Positions 27,869 through 38,408 of a DNA stretch of 64,000 nucleotides are shown here, piece by piece. The notes beneath the pieces were generated by a model that saw only the letters and a program-made list of their open reading frames with translations, ran no database searches and had not been told where the DNA came from. The first letter of the stretch is position 1; the number at the start of each line of letters is the position of its first letter. This stretch comes from Prevotella sp. (GTDB taxonomy: Bacteria > Bacteroidota > Bacteroidia > Bacteroidales > Bacteroidaceae). The stretch is taken from the NCBI GenBank assembly GCA_016286995.1, contig JAEEVA010000012.1:6372-70371 (forward strand), given 5' to 3'. The position numbers were made by a program, and so were the translations under genes.

Positions 27869-29551
27869 ATGAAAAAAAGTTGGATACTGATGACGGCAAC
27901 GGCTATGATGCTGCTGACGTCGTGTGGAGGTACGTTAGGTGAACTGTCAAGTGACTATTTCAAGGTAGACCCCAATCCGTTGGAGACTGACGGAGGGGCT
28001 GTGACTGCAACCATCAACGGAACGTTCCCGCAGAAATACATGAAGAAGAAGGCCGTGGTGAAGGTGACACCCGAACTGCGTTTCAGAAAGGACGGCATTC
28101 CCCAGACCGTAACGGGACAGCCGGCCTATTTCCAGGGTGAGAAGGTGCTGGGCAATAACCAGACCATCAATTACGTTCTGGGCGGCCACTACACCATGAA
28201 GAGCACCTTCCCCTACCAGGATGCCATGCACAAGAGCGAGCTCTACCTGACCTTCGACGCCCACATTGGCAAGAAGCAGGTGAAGGTGCCTGAGGTAAAG
28301 ATTGCCAATGGCGTGATAGCTACCAGTGAACTGTACCGTCAGACGCTGAAACAGTCACAGGGTTCGATGGCTCAGGACGGATTCCAGCGTGTGGTGGCCT
28401 CGAAACAGGAGGCTAACATCAAGTTCCTGATTCAGCAGGCTGAGTTACGCAAGAGCGAGCTGCAGAACGGTTCCGTACAGGAGTTTGTCGCTCTGCTTAA
28501 ACGCATCAGCCGCGACCGTCAGGGACTGAACCTGCAGAATGTGGAAGTATCAGCCTACGCCTCGCCGGACGGCGGCTATACGCTGAACGAGAAGTTAGCC
28601 AGCAAGCGTCAGGAAAATGCTGAAGGCTACGTCAAACAGCAGATGAAGCAGGCTCAGCTGAACGAGCCCGTCGAAGCTAACTACACCGCTCAGGACTGGG
28701 AGGGTTTCCAACAGCTGGTGCAGGCTTCAAACATTCAGGACAAGGATGTCATTCTCCGCGTACTCTCCATGTATAAGGATCCCGAGGAGCGTGAACAGCA
28801 GATCAAGAACATGAGTGAAGGCTTCCGTGAACTGGCCGACGGCATTCTGCCCGAACTGCGCCGTGCACGTCTGACCATCAATTATGAAACGGTGGGACGC
28901 GACGACCAGCAGATCCAGCAGCAGCTGAAAGAGGATGCCACGAAACTGAGCGTCGAGGAAATGCTGTATGCTGCCACGCTGACTGACGACAGCAAGGAGA
29001 AGGAACAGATTTTCCTGACTACCACCAAACTGTATAAGAATGATGTACGCGCATACAACAACCTCGCCGTGCTGGCTTGGCAGAAAGGCGACTACGAGAC
29101 TGCCAATCTGTGGCTGGAAAAAGCCAGCAGAGTGCAGAACAATTGTGCCGAACTGAATGCTAATCTCGGCATGATGGCTCTCAGAGAGGGTGACCTGCGT
29201 ACTGCAGAGGAATACATCGGCAAGGCTACCAATGCCTATAATCTGGCTGAGGCACTGGGTAATCTGCATCTGGCTCAGGGCAACTATGCACTGGCAGCAC
29301 AAGACTTGTCGAACACCATCTCGAACAGTGCCGGACTGGCTCAGCTGCTGAACAAAGACTATGCCAAGGCTGCCCAAACGTTGAAAGCCGTCAAGAACGG
29401 CGACGGCATGACGGACTATCTGCAGGCCATCATCTGTGCCCGTCAGGGTAACGACGGCATGGCAGGCTTCTTCCTGCGTCAGGCCGTGGAGAAGGATCCT
29501 TCACTGGCTGAATATGCTAATCAGGACCTAGAGCTGAAAAATGCCAAGTAA
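27869..29551 (+). CDS. TPR-containing lipoprotein with an OmpA-like central region
   Basis: LTSC lipobox, 'SAYASPDG...LN..LA..R', 'DWEGF', C-terminal TPR helices. Confidence 0.75.
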   Translation: MKKSWILMTATAMMLLTSCGGTLGELSSDYFKVDPNPLETDGGAVTATINGTFPQKYMKKKAVVKVTPELRFRKDGIPQTVTGQPAYFQGEKVLGNNQTINYVLGGHYTMKSTFPYQDAMHKSELYLTFDAHIGKKQVKVPEVKIANGVIATSELYRQTLKQSQGSMAQDGFQRVVASKQEANIKFLIQQAELRKSELQNGSVQEFVALLKRISRDRQGLNLQNVEVSAYASPDGGYTLNEKLASKRQENAEGYVKQQMKQAQLNEPVEANYTAQDWEGFQQLVQASNIQDKDVILRVLSMYKDPEEREQQIKNMSEGFRELADGILPELRRARLTINYETVGRDDQQIQQQLKEDATKLSVEEMLYAATLTDDSKEKEQIFLTTTKLYKNDVRAYNNLAVLAWQKGDYETANLWLEKASRVQNNCAELNANLGMMALREGDLRTAEEYIGKATNAYNLAEALGNLHLAQGNYALAAQDLSNTISNSAGLAQLLNKDYAKAAQTLKAVKNGDGMTDYLQAIICARQGNDGMAGFFLRQAVEKDPSLAEYANQDLELKNAK

Positions 29552-30548
29552 AGTATACCTTCTGCTGGCTTCGCTATTCGTCCTGACAGCCTGTGGCGTC
29601 GATGGTGACCACTTCCGCATGGAGGGGCGCCTGCGCAACATGAACCAGGGAGAATTCTGGGTGTATAGTATAGATGGCGGTATTGACGGCATCGATACCA
29701 TTAAGGTGCGTGACGGTCGCTTCATTTACGAAACGCCGTTGCGCATGCCCGCCACCTTCGTTATCGTGTTCCCCAACTACTCGGAACAGGCCGTTTTCGC
29801 TCGACCAGGCAAAACCATTACCATCAAGGGTGATGCCTCTCACATGAAGGAGATGACCATCACGGGAACGAGTGACAATGACGACATGACGAAGCTCCGC
29901 ATGGAGCTGAACCGACTGATGCCCCCTGAGGTGCCTGGTGCTATAGAAACATTTATCAGGGAGAACCCAGAGTCGCAAGCCAGTCCATACCTGCTGCAAC
30001 GCTACTTTCTGCAAAACAACAGCCCCGACTACAAGAAAGCCTACGAGCTGGTGGAGATGATGCTGAAGGAACAGCCCGACCATGGTATGCTGGTGAAGTG
30101 GCAACAGGAACTGAAGGGCTTGCGCAATAATGCGAGGCAAGGGAAGCTGCCTGCTTTCTCGGCTACCGATGTTAAGGGACGCAGCGTGTCGGTTGCCGAC
30201 CTGAACGGAAAGGTAAATGTGCTCACTGTATGGGCATCGTGGAACTTCAATAGTACGGACACCCAGCGCCGTCTGCTGAAACTCAAGAAAACCTACGGCA
30301 GCAAACTCGGTGTGGTCAGTGTGTGCATGGATGCCAATGTCAGGGAGTGCAAGCGGACACTGGAGCGTGACTCGGTGGCATGGAAGACAGTCTGCGACGG
30401 ACGTATGTGGCAGTCGCCCATTGTGGGGAAACTGGGCATAGGCGACGTCCCCATGAACTGGCTGCTCAACGAGAAGGGCATCATTGTGGAACGTAACTTA
30501 AGTCCGCAGGAGATGGAAGAAAAGATTAATAAACAATTTATAAATTAA
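29541..30548 (+). CDS. DUF4369 + thioredoxin-like (TlpA/AhpC-TSA) lipoprotein lacking CxxC
   Basis: LTAC lipobox; 'WASWNFNS' where WASWCxxC is expected. Confidence 0.7.
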   Translation: MPSKVYLLLASLFVLTACGVDGDHFRMEGRLRNMNQGEFWVYSIDGGIDGIDTIKVRDGRFIYETPLRMPATFVIVFPNYSEQAVFARPGKTITIKGDASHMKEMTITGTSDNDDMTKLRMELNRLMPPEVPGAIETFIRENPESQASPYLLQRYFLQNNSPDYKKAYELVEMMLKEQPDHGMLVKWQQELKGLRNNARQGKLPAFSATDVKGRSVSVADLNGKVNVLTVWASWNFNSTDTQRRLLKLKKTYGSKLGVVSVCMDANVRECKRTLERDSVAWKTVCDGRMWQSPIVGKLGIGDVPMNWLLNEKGIIVERNLSPQEMEEKINKQFIN

Positions 30549-30577
30549 AAATTTTAACAATTTAAAAATTAAAAAAA

Positions 30578-32716
30578 TTGAAGAAGGTGCTGAAATGGAT
30601 AGTGAGAATTGTCTTAGGACTGGTGGTGGTTGTCATACTGCTGCTGGCAGGTGGTTTTGTACTCATCAATACACCTTCGTTCCAAAACAAGCTACTGAAA
30701 AGAGCCACAACGATGCTGGCCGACAAACTTCAGACTAAGGTGGAGATTGACAGCGTCAGTATCAATCTGCTGACATTGGATGCCGAGCTTTATGGACTCG
30801 AACTGGAGGATCGTCAGCAACGCAAGATGCTGTCGCTGGAACTCTTGCAAACCGATGTAGATTTGTGGCCTCTGATAAGAAACGACGAAATACGCATCTC
30901 GCAGGCTACTATCAAAGGTGTCAGGGCCGAACTTCATCACACACCTAACGACACTATCGACTCGATAGCTAACTACCAGTTTGTCATCGACGCTTTCAAG
31001 AAGGATAAGAAAAAGGGAAAGGCAAAGAAGGATTCTGTCGCAAAGAAAAAGAAGTTCTCAGTGGCTCTCAAAAAACTGAGAGTCGAGAACATCGACGTGA
31101 CATACAACGGTTACGGAGCCAAGTTAGGCAGGCTGCTATTCAGTCAACCTGACGAGAATACCATGAAGGTCGCCATTGAACAGTTGTCTGCCCAATGGGA
31201 ACGCACCAACAAGAAAAAGGGTTATCAGGTGTCGGATATGGCGGCCATCGGCAGACTGTACTATCAGGACCTTAACGGCAGGCGTACCGTGGATATCAGC
31301 GACCTGCGCTATAAGAACGACAACCATCGTCCCCGTAAGAACGTTGGAAAACCCAAACGAGGATTCTTCGACCACGAACATCTGAATGTGACAGCGCAGC
31401 TGAAGGCTGTCATCGACCATGTGGGGAAGGACACACTGCATGCCACGCTGAAGGAGATGACCGCTACCGACCCCATCACCGGCATTGACATCCGTGATAT
31501 ACATGGTGGAGTCGGCTACAACAAAGATGGACTGCAGCTGGAGAATTTTGTCATCAGACAAACCAATACCACGCTCAGTTTCGATCGAGGACATATACAG
31601 CTGCCCAGCAAGAAAACTGGCAGAAAACTGGCCTACAGCACATCAACTATCAAGGGCCGTACGCTGCTGCAGGACATTGCACGGCCTTTTGCCCCTGTGC
31701 TTAGTAAATTCACGCTACCCCTGAACCTGAGTGTCTCCATGAGTGGTGACGACAACAGCATGATGTTCAGGAATGCGAAGGTGTGGACAGACGACAAGAT
31801 GCTGACTATTTCCGCCAAGGGACACATCAACAATCTGAAGGATGCCCATCTGCTACGCGTACACTTTGACGTCGACCAGATGGTGGCCAAAGGCGGTATC
31901 AAGGAAAAAATCATCAATCAGTTCCCTGTCAAGAAGTTCATGATGGAGCAGTTGCGCGCACTGGGTACCATCCAGTATCATGGTTTCTTCGATGTACTCT
32001 GGAAACGGGAGGAGTTCCAAGGGCTGCTGTCCACCAAGGCTGGCAATCTCAATTTCAAGCTTGCTCTCGACGAAACCAACAAATATGTACTGGGAACGGC
32101 ATCTACGCAGGAGCTGAAACTGGGAGAAGTGATGAATATGTCAGCCATAGGACCCATATCAGCCAAGGCTGACTTCAAGTTCGACATTTCCAAGCCCCGT
32201 ACTGCCATGATGCGACGTAAGAAGGGCGGCAAGCTACCTATCGGTGAAATACAGGCTTTTGTAAAAGAGGCATCCTATCGGTTCGCCAAGGTCACAAACC
32301 TCACGGTTAATATCGTCAGCGACGGTGCCATTGCAGAGGGCAGTTTGCATGACCCCGGCAAGTATGTTGATCTCAGCTGTACCTTCACGTTTACCAATAC
32401 CAATGAGATGCAGAAAATGAAGGTCAAGCCGTCCATGAAGGTACACAAACTCATAGACACCAAAAAGCTGAAGGATCAGTTCATGGGTTTCTTCAAATCC
32501 GACACCCCTGAGGAGGAAAAGCTGTTGAAGAAGGCAGAAAAGGAAGCTCGCAAGCAACAAAAGGCTGAAGAAAAGGCAGCACGCAAACAGCAGAAAGCCG
32601 AAGAGAAAGCCCGCAAGAAGGAAGAGAAGGCTGCCCGTAAGCAACAGGAAGCAGCGGAAAAGGCAGCACGCAAACAAAAGGCAGCCGAAGAGAAGGCTGC
32701 CCGTAAGTCTGAATAG
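30578..32716 (+). CDS. AsmA/TamB-like N-terminally anchored protein with a C-terminal K/A/E/Q repeat tail
   Basis: N-terminal TM, beta-rich body and (KAAEEKAARKQQ)-like repeats at about 32530-32710. Confidence 0.55.
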   Translation: MKKVLKWIVRIVLGLVVVVILLLAGGFVLINTPSFQNKLLKRATTMLADKLQTKVEIDSVSINLLTLDAELYGLELEDRQQRKMLSLELLQTDVDLWPLIRNDEIRISQATIKGVRAELHHTPNDTIDSIANYQFVIDAFKKDKKKGKAKKDSVAKKKKFSVALKKLRVENIDVTYNGYGAKLGRLLFSQPDENTMKVAIEQLSAQWERTNKKKGYQVSDMAAIGRLYYQDLNGRRTVDISDLRYKNDNHRPRKNVGKPKRGFFDHEHLNVTAQLKAVIDHVGKDTLHATLKEMTATDPITGIDIRDIHGGVGYNKDGLQLENFVIRQTNTTLSFDRGHIQLPSKKTGRKLAYSTSTIKGRTLLQDIARPFAPVLSKFTLPLNLSVSMSGDDNSMMFRNAKVWTDDKMLTISAKGHINNLKDAHLLRVHFDVDQMVAKGGIKEKIINQFPVKKFMMEQLRALGTIQYHGFFDVLWKREEFQGLLSTKAGNLNFKLALDETNKYVLGTASTQELKLGEVMNMSAIGPISAKADFKFDISKPRTAMMRRKKGGKLPIGEIQAFVKEASYRFAKVTNLTVNIVSDGAIAEGSLHDPGKYVDLSCTFTFTNTNEMQKMKVKPSMKVHKLIDTKKLKDQFMGFFKSDTPEEEKLLKKAEKEARKQQKAEEKAARKQQKAEEKARKKEEKAARKQQEAAEKAARKQKAAEEKAARKSE

Positions 32717-32728
32717 GAATTACCGGTT

Positions 32729-33193
32729 TTACTTACGTCCAAAGTCGGCAGGAACCTCACCCCACTTCTGCGTTTCCCACTTGATGATGGGATTACGCCA
32801 TTGGTGAGTATTCAGCCAATGTTCTGCCCGCTCGATAATCTGATAGAGAGGCTCTGTTTCGGGCGTCCGTTCCAGCTTGGTCTTACATTTCCGTTTGTTG
32901 ACCCACAAGATGGCATTATACGAATCAGAGTAGATGATTTTCTGGTGCAGTCCATGTTGCCAGCACAGTGCCAAGGCGTGGACAATGGCCAGAAATTCAC
33001 CTATATTGTTAGTACCCTTCATGGGTCCGAAGTGGAACACACGATAACCCGTAGTGAGGTCGATAGCCTGATATTCCATGGGACCAGGATTGCCACTACA
33101 GGCAGCATCCACAGCCCACGCGTCTGCCCGTACCTCCATGGGCAAGGGCAGTACGGTGTCGTGTCTGTAATCAGGAGGGGATACTAAGTTCAT
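32729..33193 (-). CDS. rnhA: Ribonuclease HI (Bacteroidota type)
   Basis: 'VDAACSGNPG', 'TNNIGEFLAIVHAL', 'IYSDS', 'WGEVPADFGRK'. Confidence 0.9.
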   Translation of the reverse strand: MNLVSPPDYRHDTVLPLPMEVRADAWAVDAACSGNPGPMEYQAIDLTTGYRVFHFGPMKGTNNIGEFLAIVHALALCWQHGLHQKIIYSDSYNAILWVNKRKCKTKLERTPETEPLYQIIERAEHWLNTHQWRNPIIKWETQKWGEVPADFGRK

Positions 33194-33206
33194 AGTTCAC
33201 TGATTC

Positions 33207-35015
33207 TTACATGCGCTCGGGTACCTCGATGCCCAGCAGGGCCATGCTGTTCTTGATGACCTTGGCTACATTGCGGGCAAGGACAAGACGGAAGGCACGC
33301 TTCTGCTCGTCGGGCTCGTTGAGAATGCTATAGTCATGATAGAACTGGTTAAACACCTTGGTGAGTTCGTAGCAGTAGTTGGCGATGCCTGAGGGCGAGT
33401 AGTCCTTGCTTGCCTGCTCGACAGCAGCACCATATTCGCTGAGCTTCTGGATGAGTTCTATTTCCTTCTCTGAAAGTGAAGAGTCAGCACTGGAACTCTG
33501 TGCGGAAGCAAATTCTTCACTCTTCACTCTTAACTCTTCACTCTTCCGCAGAATACTACGGATGCGGGCGTAGGTGTACTGGATGAAGGGGCCGGTATTG
33601 CCATTGAAGTCGATGCTCTCCTCAGGGTTGAAGAGCATGTTCTTGCGGGCATCAACCTTGAGGATGAAATACTTCAGGGCACCCATACCCACCATGCGGG
33701 CTATCTCGCGGCGCTCCTCTTCGGTCATATCATCAAACTTACCCAATTCCATAGAGGTCTTGTAGGCATCGTCGACCATAAGCTGCATGAGGTCGTCAGC
33801 ATCGACAACAGTACCCTCGCGGCTCTTCATCTTACCATTAGGCAGTTCCACCATGCCATAGGAGAAATGTACGAGTTCCTTGCCCCACTTGAAGCCCAGA
33901 CGATCCAAGAGAATGGAAAGCACCTGGAAGTGGTAATTCTGCTCGTTGCCTACGACATAAATCATCTTGTCAATGGGATAGTCCTGGAAGCGCATCTCAG
34001 CAGTACCGATGTCCTGGGTCATATAGACGGAGGTGCCATCGGAACGCAGCAGCAGTTTCTGGTCGAGACCTTCGTTGGTGAGGTCGGCCCATACGCTGTT
34101 GTCGTCGTGACGCTCGAAGAGACCTTTGGCAAGTCCTTCCTCAACCTTGGCCTTACCCTTGAGGTAGGTCTGCGACTCGTAGTATATCTTATCGAAGGAA
34201 ACACCCATTTTCTGGTAAGTCTCGTCGAAACCAGCATAGACCCAGGAATTCATTTTCTCCCACAAAGCACGCACCTCAGGGTCGTTCTGCTCCCATTTCA
34301 CCAGCATTTCGTGGGCCTCCTTAATGAGGGGAGCCTCTTGCTTGGCCTTTTCCTCGTCCATACCCTGGGCCACGAGTTCCTTAATTTCATCGCGATAATG
34401 CTTATCGAAAGCGACGTAGTAGTCGCCAATGAGGTGGTCGCCCTTCTTGCCAGAGGACTCGGGAGTCTCACCATTGCCCCACTTCTGCCAGGCAAGCATA
34501 GATTTGCAGATGTGGATGCCTCGATCGTTGACGATGTTGGTCTTAACAACCTTGTTACCATTGGCAGCCATTATCTGTGCCAGCGACCAGCCCAGCAGAT
34601 TGTTGCGGACGTGGCCGAGGTGGAGGGGTTTGTTGGTGTTGGGGGAGCTATACTCAATCATCACAAGGGGTGATCCTTCTTGAGCAAGACGCTCGCCATA
34701 GTGGGCGTCAGCATCGACGGCAGCAAGAAGCTGGAGCCAGGCGGCATCGGCGATGCTGAGGTTCAGGAATCCCTTCACCACGTTGAATTTGCTGATGGCA
34801 TCGCAATTGGCCACGAGATAGTCACCAATCTCCTGTGCTGTCTGTTCAGGAGACTTACGGGCAGCTTTCACGAAGGGGAAAACCACGAGGGTCAGATTAC
34901 CCTCAAACTCACTGCGCGTTTTCTGCAGCTGCAACATTTTTTCGTTGGCTTCCAAGCCATAGAGTGCCTTCACGGCGTCGCCTGCAGCCTTACTGATTAA
35001 TGCTTCTATATTCAT
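33207..35015 (-). CDS. argS: Arginine--tRNA ligase
   Basis: 'EYSSPNTNKPLHLGH', 'KMKSREG', 'GPFIQYTYARI', C-terminal 'LLGIEVPERM'. Confidence 0.97.
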   Translation of the reverse strand: MNIEALISKAAGDAVKALYGLEANEKMLQLQKTRSEFEGNLTLVVFPFVKAARKSPEQTAQEIGDYLVANCDAISKFNVVKGFLNLSIADAAWLQLLAAVDADAHYGERLAQEGSPLVMIEYSSPNTNKPLHLGHVRNNLLGWSLAQIMAANGNKVVKTNIVNDRGIHICKSMLAWQKWGNGETPESSGKKGDHLIGDYYVAFDKHYRDEIKELVAQGMDEEKAKQEAPLIKEAHEMLVKWEQNDPEVRALWEKMNSWVYAGFDETYQKMGVSFDKIYYESQTYLKGKAKVEEGLAKGLFERHDDNSVWADLTNEGLDQKLLLRSDGTSVYMTQDIGTAEMRFQDYPIDKMIYVVGNEQNYHFQVLSILLDRLGFKWGKELVHFSYGMVELPNGKMKSREGTVVDADDLMQLMVDDAYKTSMELGKFDDMTEEERREIARMVGMGALKYFILKVDARKNMLFNPEESIDFNGNTGPFIQYTYARIRSILRKSEELRVKSEEFASAQSSSADSSLSEKEIELIQKLSEYGAAVEQASKDYSPSGIANYCYELTKVFNQFYHDYSILNEPDEQKRAFRLVLARNVAKVIKNSMALLGIEVPERM

Positions 35016-35050
35016 TTCTTTATCTATTTTATTCTATTTTAGTCGGATTA

Positions 35051-36388
35051 TTATCTGTTGTTCTCATCATATTTGTCAAGCTTCTCAAGACAGTAGCGAC
35101 GGAAGTCGGACCAGTGGTAGTAGGGTGCACAATCGGTCTGAATAGGCAATGTTGCCTCCTGCTCGTTGAGGAGCACCTTGAACAGCACATCATTGTCTTT
35201 CGGATTATTACGATAGAAGATGAACTGCAGGTTGGAACCCATGGGGAAAACGCTGGAGCACCACCATCCACGCTCTTCCAGTTCGTTGAGGTTGTCAGTC
35301 TCAAAGTCATAGCCGTTGATGCCGATAAGGCAAACCAACGGCAGCAACACAGTCTCGTGGCCAAAGCGCAGTTGTGCACCCGGGCGGTCCAGGTTGATGC
35401 AGCTGTCGGCATCGGCAATGATCTGTCGCAACAAGTAGCGCTGCGTGTAAGGCTGTCGGCCTCCGTTGAGCTTGCACGCTCCGTGCTGGATGTACCACAG
35501 GGCATTGTCAATCTGCCACATTCGGTAGAGCTCATCGGTCTGGAAGAGGCTCCGCAGATAGGTATTACTCCTGAGGTGGGTGTTGAGCAGGAAGAGTCCC
35601 ATCTTCATGAGGTAATAGTTGAATTCCGTCTCGTTGACGATTTCCTTGACGATATCAGGATTCTTGAATATCAGCTCCATCAGACGGCTATTACCAGTAA
35701 GTGGCGCAACATATGTGTCATAGGCCTTCTTTGCCTCGGGGGTCATATAGTTCTTGCGCAGTACCGGATCCTGATAATTCATGTAGTGCTGATAGCGCTT
35801 GCTCGACTCCATCTTGATCTGCAGCTGCGGATTGGTCTGCGCCATCTCAAACATGGCATAGCCCATAGACACCATGCAACGTGGCACCACTGTGCTGAGT
35901 GCACTAATGTGAGCATCGCCCTGGAACACCTCGGGGAAGCGTTGCAACATGCGCCTGGCAATCTGCCGATGCTGGTCTCCACCCAGATAGCTCAGTTCAC
36001 CCCAGCGGTCCTCGGTATCGGCCATCACGAGTCGCATCTCTTCAAGCACTTTCTTGCCTGTGGGTGTCAGCTCGTCGACACTCTCTGCCTGGGCCATCAT
36101 TTTGTAGGGTATGTCATAGCCTTGTCGGTTGCTGATATAGCGTGAACCATGACGGCCATAGTGAGAAATGTAGAAGGGACGCTTACCAGCCGGTGCTGGT
36201 GTCAGATTGTCAGGAATGGAATCAGGATAGATGTTATAGTTGCAGGAGGCGTATGCCGGATACTGCCTGATGATATCTACCACAGGCTGGGCTGATAAAG
36301 GTAAACAGGTAAGAAGGTAAAAGAGTAAAAGACTCATTACCCGTCCCATTCCCATGAAGATTATGTCATATTTCTGTTTCATGCTCAT
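35051..36388 (-). CDS. Histidine acid phosphatase / phytase-like protein
   Basis: 'HYGRHGSRY' (RHGxR) and 'FGHET'. Confidence 0.85.
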   Translation of the reverse strand: MSMKQKYDIIFMGMGRVMSLLLFYLLTCLPLSAQPVVDIIRQYPAYASCNYNIYPDSIPDNLTPAPAGKRPFYISHYGRHGSRYISNRQGYDIPYKMMAQAESVDELTPTGKKVLEEMRLVMADTEDRWGELSYLGGDQHRQIARRMLQRFPEVFQGDAHISALSTVVPRCMVSMGYAMFEMAQTNPQLQIKMESSKRYQHYMNYQDPVLRKNYMTPEAKKAYDTYVAPLTGNSRLMELIFKNPDIVKEIVNETEFNYYLMKMGLFLLNTHLRSNTYLRSLFQTDELYRMWQIDNALWYIQHGACKLNGGRQPYTQRYLLRQIIADADSCINLDRPGAQLRFGHETVLLPLVCLIGINGYDFETDNLNELEERGWWCSSVFPMGSNLQFIFYRNNPKDNDVLFKVLLNEQEATLPIQTDCAPYYHWSDFRRYCLEKLDKYDENNR

Positions 36389-36394
36389 CCTTTC

Positions 36395-37666
36395 TTACTG
36401 TTTTTCTTCAGTTTCCTTACTACGGCGGGTCTTCTCGTAACGGTAGAGTTTACGAAGATAATAGCGCTTCACATCTTTCCAATGGTAATAGGGCGCGCAG
36501 TCGCTCTTGAAGGGCAGACGGGCCTCGTGTCCATTGAAGAGTACCTTGATGAGCGGGTCGTCATCGTTTTTGTCACGACGATAGTGTATCATCACAATCC
36601 TTCCACCAGGAGGTGCGATGTGATTGTCAATCCATCCGAGGGCTTCGAGACTGTCGAGATTCGAGGTACGGACACCACAGCGATCCAGTTCCATCAGGCT
36701 GGCCAACGACAGCAGCACGCCTTCGTTGGTATAGCGGATGTTGAATACGGGGTAGTCGACCTTCATGATGCTGTCGCCCATGTGGAGCATGTTCCAAAGG
36801 GGCTCACGCTGCATGTAGGCCTGATAGCCGCCATTCAGGCTGCAGTTGCCATAGCTGATGTAGTTCCAGGCATTCTGACGACGCCAATGACGATGTCTCT
36901 CCTCGGGTGTGAAAATGTCGTCGAGAGTGGTATTACCTGCCAAACTGGTATAGCGGATATTCTCAGAGAGGACATACAACTGCCGGCTCAGTTCTGTGGC
37001 ATCGATATTGGCCACCACATAGTTCTGGTCGTTGAAGAGCGACTTCATCAGACGCGTGTCGCTGGTGTTAAGCATAGCAAAACGGTTATAGCGCGCCATC
37101 GTCAGCGAGTCAGTACGCTGGGCCAGGAGTTCCTTATCCTGTGGATTCATCCATGTCATGTTCCTTCGCGAGGACCTTGCGCTCATCCGCTTGGAACGGC
37201 TGTGCCTGGCTATTTCCACAGCAGCCTCGTTAGCCATCTGGATATTATGGTTCTGAATGATGCATCGAATGTCAACGAAAGTGTTTTCGGTCATCATCTC
37301 CGGAAAACGTTTTACCATCTGCTGTATCTGGCTTCTCACCATCCTGCCTCCCTCGTCCATCATCTCGCCAGAACGCCCCTGGGCATCCTGTCGCAGCAGG
37401 TCGAGACGGGTCATCACATCGCGTCCCAACTTCGTCAGCTTTCCCTGGTGATAGGCCTGAAGAAAAATGGCATAAGGTCCTTCATAATCAGCGGGGTTAA
37501 GCAGATAATAAGGTGTCGGGCAACCATAATGATTGACGTAGAAGGGTTTCTTGCCACCAGGAACGGGAGTATCCGTCTGTGCCAAGGCATTGATGGGAAT
37601 CATCATGCTCAACACAGCCAACAGACACGACAAAAGCAGTCTTTTGGCAGTACTCATATCTCTCAT
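36395..37666 (-). CDS. Catalytically degenerate histidine phosphatase paralog
   Basis: Colinear with its neighbour, but RHGSR is replaced by CPTPY and GHE by TNE. A TACCTTTG promoter lies at 37684-37691. Confidence 0.7.
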   Translation of the reverse strand: MRDMSTAKRLLLSCLLAVLSMMIPINALAQTDTPVPGGKKPFYVNHYGCPTPYYLLNPADYEGPYAIFLQAYHQGKLTKLGRDVMTRLDLLRQDAQGRSGEMMDEGGRMVRSQIQQMVKRFPEMMTENTFVDIRCIIQNHNIQMANEAAVEIARHSRSKRMSARSSRRNMTWMNPQDKELLAQRTDSLTMARYNRFAMLNTSDTRLMKSLFNDQNYVVANIDATELSRQLYVLSENIRYTSLAGNTTLDDIFTPEERHRHWRRQNAWNYISYGNCSLNGGYQAYMQREPLWNMLHMGDSIMKVDYPVFNIRYTNEGVLLSLASLMELDRCGVRTSNLDSLEALGWIDNHIAPPGGRIVMIHYRRDKNDDDPLIKVLFNGHEARLPFKSDCAPYYHWKDVKRYYLRKLYRYEKTRRSKETEEKQ

Positions 37667-37769
37667 TTTTTTGTTTCCGGCTGCAAAGGTACGAATAAGT
37701 GAGCGAAAAAACAAATTTATTTGGACTTTTCCAAGCGTAAGTACGTACAAAAGAACGAGAAATGAGGAA

Positions 37770-38387
37770 TCAGAGATGAGAAATTTCTTTCACCCCATAG
37801 GTCTGATATACCATATAGTAGTTGTCGGCAAAGAATGAGAAGCTGTCGCCAAGGGCTTCGTTCAGGGTGCCTTGCCACCATTCGTCATAGGCATAGCTGT
37901 TCCATCGCAGCCCCTCTGAAGTCAATTGCCGACAGCCGAAATTAAAGATGCTGACCTGCTTGCCTTTCTCCGATTGGAAAGTCCGATTACCATAGGCGGG
38001 AGTGAAGAAGCCATAGTCTGTAAACATGATGCCCTCGACGCCCATCTTCCGATAGTAGCGCATGAGCAGGCCGATATTGCCCAGGGTGTGGTCTTCGCGC
38101 AAACCTGTGCAGCCCAGATATGCAATCCTGTTCCAGCCTTTATCCAAGCAATAGCGTGTGGCCTTGGTCAGGTCGTTGTCCTCCTGCTCGTCAATCTGGA
38201 AGAGGCGATTGTGGTATTCTGCTGGAACGCTGTCACCGTCGCCCACCACAGCTTCAGCCTGTGGTACATGGCTGATGGCTCCGTCGCATGCCACAATATG
38301 GCGAGCATGCTCCAATACTTCCAAAGGAATGCGGTGAGTAGGGAATTCACCATTGGCTACTATGACTACGTCGAACTGTTCTGTCAT
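37770..38387 (-). CDS. thiN: Thiamine pyrophosphokinase
   Basis: 'ACDGA', 'VGDGDS', 'EQEDNDLTKA', 'GLREDHTLGN', 'GLRW'. Confidence 0.9.
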   Translation of the reverse strand: MTEQFDVVIVANGEFPTHRIPLEVLEHARHIVACDGAISHVPQAEAVVGDGDSVPAEYHNRLFQIDEQEDNDLTKATRYCLDKGWNRIAYLGCTGLREDHTLGNIGLLMRYYRKMGVEGIMFTDYGFFTPAYGNRTFQSEKGKQVSIFNFGCRQLTSEGLRWNSYAYDEWWQGTLNEALGDSFSFFADNYYMVYQTYGVKEISHL

Positions 38388-38408
38388 GACTTTTCTTTAT
38401 GATGATAG

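Noticed and set aside
32530-32710. KAAEEKAARKQQ repeats as a separate element
   Set aside because: This is an ordinary low-complexity charged protein tail.
35000-37702. Long plus-strand ORFs (381 aa and 406 aa)
   Set aside because: They are antisense shadows of the two phosphatase genes and have no recognisable motifs.
37667-37750. N-terminal extension of the degenerate phosphatase ORF
   Set aside because: It overlaps the promoter box and an intergenic repeat, so the real start is downstream.
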